A stretch of 64,000 bases of DNA from the human T2T-CHM13v2.0 reference genome, Homo sapiens. A model generated the notes under the pieces. That model ran no database searches. It was given only the letters and a program-made list of their open reading frames with translations, and was not told where the DNA came from. The translations under genes were made by a program, and so were the position numbers. Below are positions 13,101 to 27,000 of the stretch, piece by piece. Position 1 is the first letter of the stretch, and each line of letters opens with the position of its first letter. The DNA lies in NCBI RefSeq assembly GCF_009914755.1, contig NC_060925.1; one strand, 5' to 3'.

Positions 13101-16100
13101 GGAATGGAATGGAATAATCCATGGACTCGAATGCAATCATCATCGAATGGAATCGAATGGAATCATCGAATGGACTCGAATGGAATAATCATTGAACGGA
13201 ATCGAATGGAATCATCATCGGATGGAAACGAATGGAATCATCATCGAATGGAAATGAAAGGAGTCATCATCTAATGGAATTGCATGGAATCATCATAAAA
13301 TGGAATCGAATGGAATCAACATCAAATGGAATCAAATGGAATCATTGAACGGAATTGAATGGAATCGTCATCGAATGAATTGAATGCAATCATCGAATGG
13401 TCTCGAATGGAATCATCTTCAAATGGAATGGAATGGAATCATCGCATAGAATCGAATGGAATTATCATCGAATGGAATCGAATGGAATCAACATCAAACG
13501 GAAAAAAACGGAATTATCGAATGGAATCGAAGATAATCATCGAATGGACCCGAATGGAATCATCTAATGGAATGGAATGGAATAATCCATGGACTCGAAA
13601 GCAATCATCATCGAATGGAATCGAATGGAATCATCGAATGGACTCGAATGGAATAATCATTGAACGGAATCGAATGGAATCATCATCGGATGGAAACGAA
13701 TGGAATCATCATCGAATGGAAATGAAAGGAGTCATCATCTAATGGAATTGCATGGAATCATCATCAAATGGAATCGAATGGAATCAACATCAAATGGAAT
13801 CAAATGGAATCATTGAACGGAATTGAATGGAATCGTCATCGAATGAATTGAATGCAATCATCGAATGGTCTCGAATGGAATCTTCTTCAAATGGAATGGA
13901 ATGGAATCATCGCATAGAATCGAATGGAATTATCATCGAATGGAATCGAATGGTATCAACATCAAACGGAAAAAAAAGGAATTATCGAATGGAATCGAAG
14001 AGAATCTTCGAACGGACCCGAATGGAATCATCTAATGGAATGGAATGGAATAATCCATGGACTCGAATGCAATCATCATCGAATGGAATCGAATGGAATC
14101 ATTGAAAGGACTCGAATGGAATAATCATTGAACGGAATCGAATGGAATCATCATGGGATGGAAATGAATGGAATCATCATCGAATGGAATCGAATAGAAT
14201 TATGGAATGAAATCCAGTGTGATCATCATCGAATGGACCCGAATGGAGTCATCATCCAACGGAAGCTAATGGAATCAACATCGAATGAATCGAATGGAAA
14301 CACCATCGAATTGAAACGAATGGAATTACCATGAAATTGAAATGGATGGACTCATCATCGAATGGATTCGAATGGAATCATCGAATAAAATTGATTGAAA
14401 TCATCATCGAAAGGAATCGAATGGTATCATTGAATGGAATCGAATGGAATCATCATCAGATGGAAATGAATGGAATCGTCATAGAATGGGATCGAATGGA
14501 TTCATTGAATGGAATCAGATGGAATCATCGAATGGACTGGAATGGAATCATTGAATGGACTCGAAAGGGATCATTATTGAATGGAATTGAATGGAATCAT
14601 CGAATGGTCTCGATTGGAATCATTATCAAATGGAATCGAATGGAATCACCGAATAGAATCGAATGGAACAATCATCGAATGGACTCAAATGGAATTATCC
14701 TCAAATGGAATCGAATGGAATTATCGAATGCAATCGAATGGAATTATCGAATGCAATCGAATAGAATCATCGAATGGACTCGAATGGAATCATCGAATGG
14801 AGTGGAATGGAACAGTCAATGAACTCGAATGGAATCATCATTGAATGGAATCGAATGGAATCATCGAGTGGAATCGAATGGAATTATGATCAAATGGAAT
14901 CGAATGTAATCATCATCAAATGGAATCAAAAATAACCATCATCAATTGGTATTGAATGGAATTGTCATCAAATGGAATTTAAAGGAATCATCATCAAATG
15001 GAACCGAATGGAATCCTCATTGAATGGAAATGAAAGGGGTCATCATGTAATGGAATCGCATGGAATCATCATCAAATGGAATCGAATGGAATCATCATCA
15101 AATGGAATCTAATGGAATCATTGAAAGAATTGAATGGAATCATCATCGAATGAATTGAATGCAATCATCGAATGGTCTCGAATGGAATCATCTTCTAATG
15201 GAAAGGAATGGAATCATCGCATAGAATCGAATGGAATTATCATCGAATGGAATCGAATGGTATCAACACCAAACGGAAAAAAACGGAATTATCGAATGGA
15301 ATCGAAGAGAATCATCGAATGGACCCGAATGGAATCATCTAATGGAATGGAATGGAATAATCCATGGACTCGAATGCAATCATCATCGAATGGAATCGAA
15401 TGGAATCATCGAATGGACTCGAATGGAATAATCATTGAAAGGAATCGAATGGAATCATCATCGGATGGAAACGAATGGAATCATCATCGAATGGAATCGA
15501 ATAGAATTATGGAATGAAATCCAGTGTGATCATCATCGAATGGACCCGAATGGAATCATCATCCAACGGAAGCTAATGGAATCAACATCGAATGAATCAA
15601 ATGGAAACACCATCGAATTGAAACGAATGGAATTACCATGAAATTGAAATGGATGGACTCATCATCAAATGGATTCGAATGGAATCATCGAATAAAATTG
15701 ATTGAAATCATCATCGAATGGAATCGAATGGTATCATTGAATGGAATCGAATGGAATCATCATCAGATGGAAATGAATGGAATCGTCATAGAATGGAATC
15801 GAATGGATTCATTGAATGGAATCAGATGGAATCATTGAATGGACTGGAATGGAATCATTGAATGGACTCGAAAGGGATCATGATTGAATGGAATTGAATG
15901 GAATCATCGAATGGTCTCGATTGGAATCATTATCAAATGGAATCGAATGGAATCACTGAATAGAATCGAATGGAACAATCATCGAATGGACTCAAATGGA
16001 ATTATCCTCCAATGGAATCGAATGGAATTATCGAATGCAATCGAATGGAATTATCGAATGCAATCGAATAAAATCATCGAATGGACTCGAATGGAATCAT

Positions 16101-17230
16101 CGAATGGAATGGAATGGAACAGTCAATGAACTCGAATGGAATCATCATTGAATGGAATCATCGAGTGGAATCGAAAGGAATTATGATCAAATGGAATCGA
16201 ACGTAATCATCATCAAATGGAATCAAAAATAACCATCATCAATTGGTATTGAATGGAATTGTCATCAAATGGAATTCATAGGAATCATCATCAAATGGAA
16301 CCGAATGGAATCCTCATTGAATGCAAATGAAAGGGGTCATCATCTAATGGAATCGCATGGAATCATCATCAAATGGAATCGAATGGAATCATCATCAAAT
16401 GGAATCTAATGGAATCATTGAAAAGAATTGAATGGAATCGTCATCGAATGAATTTAATGCAATCATCGAATGGTCTCGAATGGAATCATCTTCTAATGGA
16501 AAGGACTGGAATCATCGCATAGAATCGAATGGAATTATCATCGAATGGAATCGAATGGTATCAACACCAAACGGAAAAAAACGGAATTATCGAATGGAAT
16601 CGAAGAGAATCTTCGAACGGACCCGAATGGAATCATCTAATGGAATGGAATGGAATAATCCATGGACTCGAATGCAATCATCATCGAATGGAATCGAATG
16701 GAATCATCGAATGGACTCGAATGGAATAATCATTGAAAGGAATCGAATGGAATCATCATCGGATGGAAACGAATGGAATCATCATCGAATGGAAATGAAA
16801 GGAGTCATCATCTAATGGAATTGCATGGAATCATCATAAAATGGAATCGAATGGAATCAACATCAAATGGAATCAAATGGAATCATTGAACGGAATTGAA
16901 TGGAATCGTCATCGAATGAATTGAATGCAATCATCGAATGGTCTCGAATGGAATCATCTTCAAATGGAATGGAATGGAATCATCGCATAGAATCGAATGG
17001 AATTATCATCGAATGGAATCGAATGGAATCAACATCAAACGGAAAAAAACGGAATTATCGAATGGAATCGAAGAGAATCATCGAATGGACCCGAATGGAA
17101 TCATCTAATGGAATGGAATGGAATAATCCATGGACTCGAATGCAATCATCATCGAATGGAATCGAATGGAATCATCGAATGGACTCGAATGGAATAATCA
17201 TTGAACGGAATCGAATGGAATCATCATCGG
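9260..17230 (+). repeat. Tandem duplication with 4009-bp period (1307 + 2702)
   Basis: ORF pairs 9350/13359, 9818/13827, 10322/14331, 11125/15134, 12423/16432 and 12891/16900 are all offset by 4009. Shared variants: GGAAAAAAAAGG (~9960, ~13969), ATCATGGGATG (~10141, ~14150), TCATCATGTA (~11031, ~15040), AAGGACTGG (~12492, ~16501). Confidence 0.92.
12310..14190 (+). repeat. Second run of four tandem 468-bp modules
   Basis: Module ORF starts at 12423, 12891, 13359 and 13827 (each 468 apart). Confidence 0.92.
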
Positions 17231-17949
17231 ATGGAAATGAATGGAATCATCATCGAATGGAATCGAATAGAATTATGGAATGAAATCCAGTGTGATCATG
17301 ATCGAATGGACCCGAATGGAATCATCATCCAACGGAAGCTAATGGAATCAACATCGAATGAATCGAATGGAAACACCATCGAATTGAAACGAATGGAATT
17401 ATCATGAAATTGAAATGGATGGACTCATCATCGAATGGATTCGAATGGAATCATCGAATAAAATTGATTGAAATCATCATCGAATGGTATCGAATGGTAT
17501 CATTGAATGGAATCGAATGGAATCATCATCAGATGGAAATGAATGGAATCGTCATAGAATGGAATCGAATGGATTCATTGAATGGAATCAGATGGAATCA
17601 TCGAATGGACTGGAATGGAATCATTGAATGGACTCGAAAGGGATCATTATTGAATGGAATTGAATGGAATCATTGAATGGTCTCGATTGGAATCATTATC
17701 AAATGGAATCGAATGGAATCACCGAATAGAATCGAATGGAACAATCATCGAATGGACTCAAATGGAATTATCCTCAAATGGAATCGAATGGAATTATCGA
17801 ATGCAATCGAATGGAATTATCGAATGCAATCGAATAGAATCATCGAATGGACTCGAATGGAATCATCGAATGGAATGGAATGGAACAGTCAATGAACTCG
17901 AATGGAATCATCATTGAATGGAATCGAATGGAATCATCGAGTGGAATCG

Positions 17950-20850
17950 AATGGAATTATGATCAAATGGAATCGAATGTAATCATCATCAAATGGAATC
18001 AAAAATAACCATCATCAATTGGTATTGAATGGAAATGTCATCAAATGGAATTCAAAGGAATCATCATCAAATGGAACTGAATGGAATCCTCATTGAATGG
18101 AAATGAAAGGGGTCATCATCTAATGGAATCGCATGGAATCATCATCAAATGGAATCGAATGGAATCATCATCAAATGGAATCTGATGGAATCATTGAACA
18201 GAATTGAATGGAATCGTCATCGAATGAATTGAATGCAATCATCGAATGGTCTCGAATGTAATCACATTCTAATGGAAAGGAATGGAATCATCGCATAGAA
18301 TCGAATGGAATTAACATTGAATGGACTCGAATGGAATCAACATCAAACGGAATCAAGCGGAATTATCGAATGGAATCGAAGAGAATCATCGAATGGTCTC
18401 GAATGGAATCATCTTCTAATGGAAAGGAATGGAATCATCGCATAGAATCGAATGGAATTAACATTGAATGGACTCGAATGGAATCAACATCAAATGGAAT
18501 CAAGCGGAATTATCGAATGAAATCGAAGAGAATCATCGAATGGACTCGAATGGAATCATCTAATGGAATGGAATGGAATAATCCACGGACTCGAATGCAA
18601 TAATCATCGTTTAGTATCGAATGGAATCATCGAAAGGACTCGAATGGAATAACCATTGAACGGAGTCGAATGGAATCATCATCGAATGGAAACGAATGGA
18701 ATCATCATCGAATGGAAATGAAAGGAGTCATCATCTAATGGAATTGCATGGAATCATCATAAAATGGAATCGAATGGAATCATCATCAAATGGAATCAAA
18801 TGGAATCATTGAACGGAATTGAATGGAATCGTCATCGAATGAATTGAATGCAATCATCGAATGGTCTCGAATGGAATCATCTTCAAATGGAATGGAATGG
18901 AATCATCGCATAGAATCGAATGGAATTATCATCGAATGGAATCGAATGGTATCAACATCAAACGGAAAAAAACGGAATTATCGAATGGAATCGAAGAGAA
19001 TCTTCGAACGGACCCGAATGGAATCATCTAATGGAATGGAATGGAATAATCCATGGACCCGAATGCAATCATCATCGAATGGAATCGAATGGAATCATTG
19101 AAAGGACTCGAATGGAATAACCATTGAACGGAATCGAATGGAATCATCATCGGATGGAAATGAATGGAATCATCATCGAATGGAATCGAATAGAATTAAG
19201 GAATGAAATCCAGTGTGATCATCATCGAATGGACCCGAATGGAATCATCATCCAACGGAAGCTAATGGAATCAACATCGAATGAATCGAATGGAAACACC
19301 ATCGAATTGAAACGAATGGAATTACCATGAAATTGAAATGGATGGACTCATCATCGAATGGATTCGAATGGAATCATCGAATAAAATTGATTGAAATCAT
19401 CATCGAATGGAATCGAATGGTATCATTGAATGGAATCGAATGGAATCATCATCAGATGGAAATGAATGGAATCGTCATAGAATGGAATCGAATGGATTCA
19501 TTGAATGGAATCAGATGGAATCATCGAATGGACTGGAATGGAATCATTGAATGGACTCGAAAGGGATCATTATTGAATGGAATTGAATGGAATCATCGAA
19601 TGGTCTCGATTGGAATCATTATCAAATGGAATCGAATGGAATCACCGAATAGAATCGAATGGAACAATCATCGAATGGACTCAAATGGAATTATCCTCAA
19701 ATGGAATCGAATGGAAATATCGAATGGAATTATCGAATGCAATCGAATGGAATTATCGAATGCAATCGAATAGAATCATCGAATGGACTCGAATGGAATC
19801 ATCGAATGGAATGGAATGGAACAGTCAATGAACTCGAATGGAATCATCATTGAATGGAATCGAATGGAATCATCGAGTGGAATCGAATGGAATTATGATC
19901 AAATGGAATCGAATGTAATCATCATCAAATGGAATCAAAAATAACCATCATCAATTGGTATTGAATGGAATTGTCATCAAATGGAATTTAAAGGAATCAT
20001 CATCAAATGGAACCGAATGGAATCCTCATTGAATGGAAATGAAAGGGGTCATCATCTAATGGAATCGCATGGAATCATCATCAAATGGAATCGAATGGAA
20101 TCATCATCAAATGGAATCCAATGGAATCATTGAAAGAATTGAATGGAATGGTCATCGAATGAATTGAATGCAGTCATCGAATGGTCTCGAATGCAATCAT
20201 CTTCTAATGGAAAGGAATGGAATCATCGCATAGAATCGAATGGAATTATCATCGAATGGAATCGAATGGTATCAACACCAAACGGAAAAAAACGGAATTA
20301 TCGAATGGAATCGAAGAGAATCTTCGAACGGACCCGAATGGAATCATCTAATGGAATGGAATGGAATAATCCATGGACTCGAATGCAATCATCATCGAAT
20401 GGAATCGAATGGAATCATCGAATGGACTCGAATGGAATAATCATTGAACGGAATCGAATGGAATCATCATCGGATGGAAACGAATGGAATCATCATCGAA
20501 TGGAAATGAAAGGAGTCATCATCTAATGGAATTGCATGGAATCATCATCAAATGGAATCGAATGGAATCAACATCAAATGGAATCAAATGGAATCATTGA
20601 ACGGAATTGAATGGAATCGTCATCGAATGAATTGAATGCAATCATCGAATGGTCTCGAATGGAATCATCTTCAAATGGAATGGAATGGAATCATCGCATA
20701 GAATCGAATGGAATTATCATCGAATGGAATCGAATGGAATCAACATCAAACGGAAAAAAACGGAATTATCGAATGGAATCGAAGAGAATCATCGAATGGA
20801 CCCGAATGGAATCATCTAATGGAATGGAATGGAATAATCCATGGACTCGA
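17950..20850 (+). repeat. Block duplicated at ~24720-27620 (offset ~6768 bp)
   Basis: ORF pairs 18331/25099, 18823/25591 and 19124/25892 (6768), 19327/26094 (6767) and 20143/26915 (6772). Shared variants: CGTTTAGTATCG (~18608, ~25376), GAATTAAGGA (~19193, ~25961) and a 13-bp insertion (~19712, ~26479). Confidence 0.88.
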
Positions 20851-22741
20851 ATGCAATCATCATCGAATGGAATCGAATGGAATCATTGAAAGGACTCGAA
20901 TGGAATAACCATTGAACAGAATCGAATGGAATCATCATCGAATGGAATCGAATAGAATTATGGAATGAAATCCAGTGTGATCATCATCGAATGGACCCGA
21001 ATGGAATCATCATCCAACGGAAGCTAATGGAATCAACATCGAATGAATCGAATGGAAACACCATCGAATTGAAACGAATGGAATTATCATGAAATTGAAA
21101 TGGATGGACTCATCATCGAATGGATTCGAATGGAATCATCGAATAAAATTGATTGAAATCATCATCGAATGGAATCGAATGGTATCATTGAATGGAATCG
21201 AATGGAATCATCATCAGATGGAAATGAATGGAATCGTCATAGAATGGAATCGAATGGATTCATTGAATGGAATCAGATGGAATCATTGAATGGACTGGAA
21301 TGGAATCATTGAATGGACTCGAAAGGGATCATTATTGAATGGAATTGAATGGAATCATCGAATGGTCTCGATTGGAATCATTATCAAATGGAATCGAATG
21401 GAATCACCGAATAGAATCGAATGGAACAATCATCGAATGGACTCCAATGGAATTATCCTCAAATGGAATCGAATGGAATTATCGAATGCAATCGAATGGA
21501 ATTCTCGAATGCAATCGAATAGAATCATCGAATGGACTCGAATGGAATCATCGAATGGAATGGAATGGAACAGTCAATGAACTCGAATGGAATCATCATT
21601 GAATGGAATCGAATGGAATCATCGAGTGGAATCGAATGGAATTATGATCAAATGGAATCGAATGTAATCATCATCAAATGGAATCAAAAATAACCATCAT
21701 CAATTGGTATTGAATGGAATTGTCATCAAATGGAATTTAAAGGAATCATCATCAAATGGAACCGAATGGAATCCTCATTGAATGGAAATGAAAGGGGTCA
21801 TCATCTAATGGAATCGCATGGAATCATCATCAAATGGAATCGAATGGAATCATCATCAAATGGAATCTAATGGAATCATTGAAAGAATTGAATGGAATCA
21901 TCATCGAATTAATTGAATGCAATCATCGAATGGTCTCGAATGGAATCATCTTCTAATGGAAAGGAATGGAATCATCGCATAGAATCGAATGGAATTATCA
22001 TCGAATGGAATCGAATGGTATCAACACCAAACGGAAAAAAACGGAATTATCGAATGGAATCGAAGAGAATCTTCGAACGGACCCGAATGGAATCATCTAA
22101 TGGAATGGAATGGAATAATCCATGGACTCGAATGCAATCATCATCGAATGGAATCGAATGGAATCATCCAATGGACTCGAATGGAATAATCATTGAACGG
22201 AATCGAATGGAATCATCATCGGATGGAAACGAATGGAATCATCATCGAATGGAAATGAAAGGAGTCATCATCTAATGGAATTGCATGGAATCATCATCAA
22301 ATGGAATCGAATGGAATCAACATCAAATGGAATCAAATGGAATCATTGAACGGAATTGAATGGAATCGTCATCGAATGAATTGAATGCAATCATCGAATG
22401 GTGTCGAATGGAATCATCTTCAAATGGAATGGAATGGAATCATCGCATAGAATCGAATGGAATTATCATCGAATGGAATCGAATGGAATCAACATCAAAC
22501 GGAAAAAAACGGAATTATCGAATGGAATCGAAGAGAATCATCGAATGGACCCGAATGGAATCATCTAATGGAATGGAATGGAATAATCCATGGACTCGAA
22601 TGCAATCATCATCGAATGCAATCGAATGGAATCATCGAATGGACTCGAATGGAATAATCATTGAACGGAATCGAATGGAATCATCATCGGATGGAAACGA
22701 ATGGAATCATCATCGAATGGAATCGAATAGAATTATGGAAT

Positions 22742-24049
22742 GAAATCCAGTGTGATCATCATCGAATGGACCCGAATGGAATCATCATCCAACGGAAGCT
22801 AATGGAATCAACATCGAATGAATCGAAAGGAAACACCATCGAATTGAAACGAATGGAATTACCATGAAATTGAAATGGATGGACTCATCATCAAATGGAT
22901 TCGAGTGGAATCATCGAATAAAATTGATTGAAATCATCATCGAATGGTATCGAATGGTATCATTGAATGGAATCGAATGGAATCATCATCAGATGGAAAT
23001 GAATGGAATCGTCATAGAATGGGATCGAATGGATTCATTGAATGGAATCAGATGGAATCATTGAATGGACTGGAATGGAATCATTGAATGGACTCGAAAG
23101 GGATCATTATTGAATGGAATTGAATGGAATCATCGAATGGTCTCGATAGGAATCATTATCAAATGGAATCGAATGGAATCACCGAATAGAATCGAATGGA
23201 ACAATCATCGAATGGACTCAAATGGAATTATCCTCTAATGGAATCGAATGGAATTATCGAATGTAATCGAATGGAATTATCGAATGCAATCGAATAGAAT
23301 CATCGAATGGACTCGAATGGAATCATCGAATGGAATGGAATGGAACAGTCAATGAACTCGAATGGAATCATCATTGAATGGAATCGAATGGAATCATCGA
23401 GTGGAATCGAATGTAATCATCATCAAATGGAATCAAAAATAACCATCATCAAATGGAATCAAAAATAACCATCATCAATTGGTGTTGAATGGAATTCTCA
23501 TCAAATGGAATTCAAAGAAATCATCATCAAATGGAACCGAATGGAATCCTCATTGAATGGAAATGAAAGGGGTCATCATCTAATGGAATCGCATGGAATC
23601 ATCATAAAATGGAATCGAATTGAATCAACATCAAATGGAATCAAATGGAATCATTGAACGGAATTGAATGGAATCGTCATCGAAAGAATTGAATGCAATC
23701 ATCGAATGGTCTCGAATGGAATCATCTTCAAATGGAATGGAATGGAATCATCGCATAGAATCGAAAGGAATTATCATCGAATGGAATCGAATGGAATCAA
23801 CACCAAACGGAAAAAAACGGAATTATCGAATGGAATCGAAGAGAATCATCGAATGGACCCGAATGGAATCATCTAATGGAATGGAATGGAATAATCCATG
23901 GACTCGAATGCAATCATCATCGAATGCAATCGAATGGAATCATCGAATGGACTCGAATGGAATAATCATTGAACGGAATCGAATGGAATCATCATCGGAT
24001 GGAAACGAATGGAATCATCATCGAATGGAATCGAATAGAATTATGGAAT
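22742..24049 (+). repeat. 1308-bp single-module unit (840+468); relatives at 27765-29072, 52037-53344 and 61635-62942
   Basis: Landmark spacing of 1308 (22864-24172, 27887-29195, 52159-53467, 61757-63065). Shared GGTGTTGAAT, TTCAAAGAAA, CATCGAAAGAATT and a doubled CAAAAATAAC 26-mer. Confidence 0.9.
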
Positions 24050-27000
24050 GAAATCCAGTGTGATCATCATCGAATGGACCCGAATGGAATCATCATCCAA
24101 CGGAAGCTAATGGAATCAACATCGAATGAATCGAAAGGAAACACCATCGAATTGAAACGAATGGAATTACCATGAAATTGAAATGGATGGACTCATCATC
24201 AAATGGATTCGTATGGAATCATCGAATAAAATTGATTGAAATCATCATCGAATGGAATCGAATGGTATCATTGAATGGAATCGAATGGAATCATCATCAG
24301 ATGGAAATGAATGGAATCGTCATAGAATGGGATCGAATGGATTCATTGAATGGAATCAGATGGAATCATTGAATGGACTGGAATGGAATCATTGAATGGA
24401 CTCGAAAGGGATCATTATTGAATGGAATTGAATGGAATCATCGAATGGTCTCGATAGGAATCATTATCAAATGGAATCGAATGGAATCACCGAATAGAAT
24501 CGAATGGAACAATCATCGAATGGACTCAAATGGAATTATCCTCTAATGGAATCGAATGGAATTATCGAATGTAATCGAATGGAATTATCGAATGCAATCG
24601 AATAGAATCATCGAATGGACTCGAATGGAATCATCGAATGGAATGGAATGGAACAGTCAATGAACTCGAATGGAATCATCATTGAATGGAATCGAATGGA
24701 ATCATCGAGTGGAATCGAATGGAATTATGATCAAATGGAATCGAATGTAATCATCATCAAATGGAATCAAAAATAACCATCATCAATTGGTATTGAATGG
24801 AAATGTCATCAAATGGAATTCAAAGGAATCATCATCAAATGGAACTGAATGGAATCCTCATTGAATGGAAATGAAAGGGGTCATCATCTAATGGAATCGC
24901 ATGGAATCATCATCAAATGGAATCGAATGGAATCATCATCAAATGGAATCTGATGGAATCATTGAACAGAATTGAATGGAATCGTCATCGAATGAATTGA
25001 ATGCAATCATCGAATGGTCTCGAATGTAATCACATTCTAATGGAAAGGAATGGAATCATCGCATAGAATCGAATGGAATTAACATTGAATGGACTCGAAT
25101 GGAATCAACATCAAACGGAATCAAGCGGAATTATCGAATGGAATCGAAGAGAATCATCGAATGGTCTCGAATGGAATCATCTTCTAATGGAAAGGAATGG
25201 AATCATCGCATAGAATCGAATGGAATTAACATTGAATGGACTCGAATGGAATCAACATCAAATGGAATCAAGCGGAATTATCGAATGAAATCGAAGAGAA
25301 TCATCGAATGGACTCGAATGGAATCATCTAATGGAATGGAATGGAATAATCCACGGACTCGAATGCAATAATCATCGTTTAGTATCGAATGGAATCATCG
25401 AAAGGACTCGAATGGAATAACCATTGAACGGAATCGAATGGAATCATCATCGGATGGAAACGAATGGAATCATCATCGAATGGAAATGAAAGGAGTCATC
25501 ATCTAATGGAATTGCATGGAATCATCATAAAATGGAATCGAATGGAATCATCATCAAATGGAATCAAATGGAATCATTGAACGGAATTGAATGGAATCGT
25601 CATCGAATGAATTGAATGCAATCATCGAATGGTCTCGAATGGAATCATCTTCAAATGGAATGGAATGGAATCATCGCATAGAATCGAATGGAATTATCAT
25701 CGAATGGAATCGAATGGTATCAACATCAAACGGAAAAAAACGGAATTATCGAATGGAATCAAAGAGAATCTTCGAACGGACCCGAATGGAATCATCTAAT
25801 GGAATGGAATGGAATAATCCATGGACCCGAATGCAATCATCATCGAATGGAATCGAATGGAATCATTGAAAGGACTCGAATGGAATAACCATTGAACGGA
25901 ATCGAATGGAATCATCATCGGATGGAAATGAATGGAATCATCATCGAATGGAATCGAATAGAATTAAGGAATGAAATCCAGTGTGATCATCATCGAATGG
26001 ACCCGAATGGAATCATCATCCAACGGAAGCTAATGGAATCAACATCGAATGAATCGAATGGAAACACCATCGAATTGAAACGAATGGAATACCATGAAAT
26101 TGAAATGGATGGACTCATCATCGAATGGATTCGAATGGAATCATCGAATAAAATTGATTGAAATCATCATCGAATGGAATCGAATGGTATCATTGAATGG
26201 AATCGAATGGAATCATCATCAGATGGAAATGAATGGAATCGTCATAGAATGGAATCGAATGGATTCATTGAATGGAATCAGATGGAATCATCGAATGGAC
26301 TGGAATGGAATCATTGAATGGACTCGAAAGGGATCATTATTGAATGGAATTGAATGGAATCATCGAATGGTCTCGATTGGAATCATTATCAAATGGAATC
26401 GAATGGAATCACCGAATAGAATCGAATGGAACAATCATCGAATGGACTCAAATGGAATTATCCTCAAATGGAATCGAATGGAAATATCGAATGGAATTAT
26501 CGAATGCAATCGAATGGAATTATCGAATGCAATCGAATAGAATCATCGAATGGACTCGAATGGAATCATCGAATGGAATGGAATGGAATGGAACAGTCAA
26601 TGAACTCGAATGGAATCATCATTGAATGGAATCGAATGGAATCATCGAGTGGAATCGAATGGAATTATGATCAAATGGAATCGAATGTAATCATCATCAA
26701 ATGGAATCAAAAATAACCATCATCAATTGGTATTGAATGGAATTGTCATCAAATGGAATTTAAAGGAATCATCATCAAATGGAACCGAATGGAATCCTCA
26801 TTGAATGGAAATGAAAGGGGTCATCATCTAATGGAATCGCATGGAATCATCATCAAATGGAATCGAATGGAATCATCATCAAATGGAATCCAATGGAATC
26901 ATTGAAAGAATTGAATGGAATGGTCATCGAATGAATTGAATGCAATCATCGAATGGTCTCGAATGGAATCATCTTCTAATGGAAAGGAATGGAATCATCG

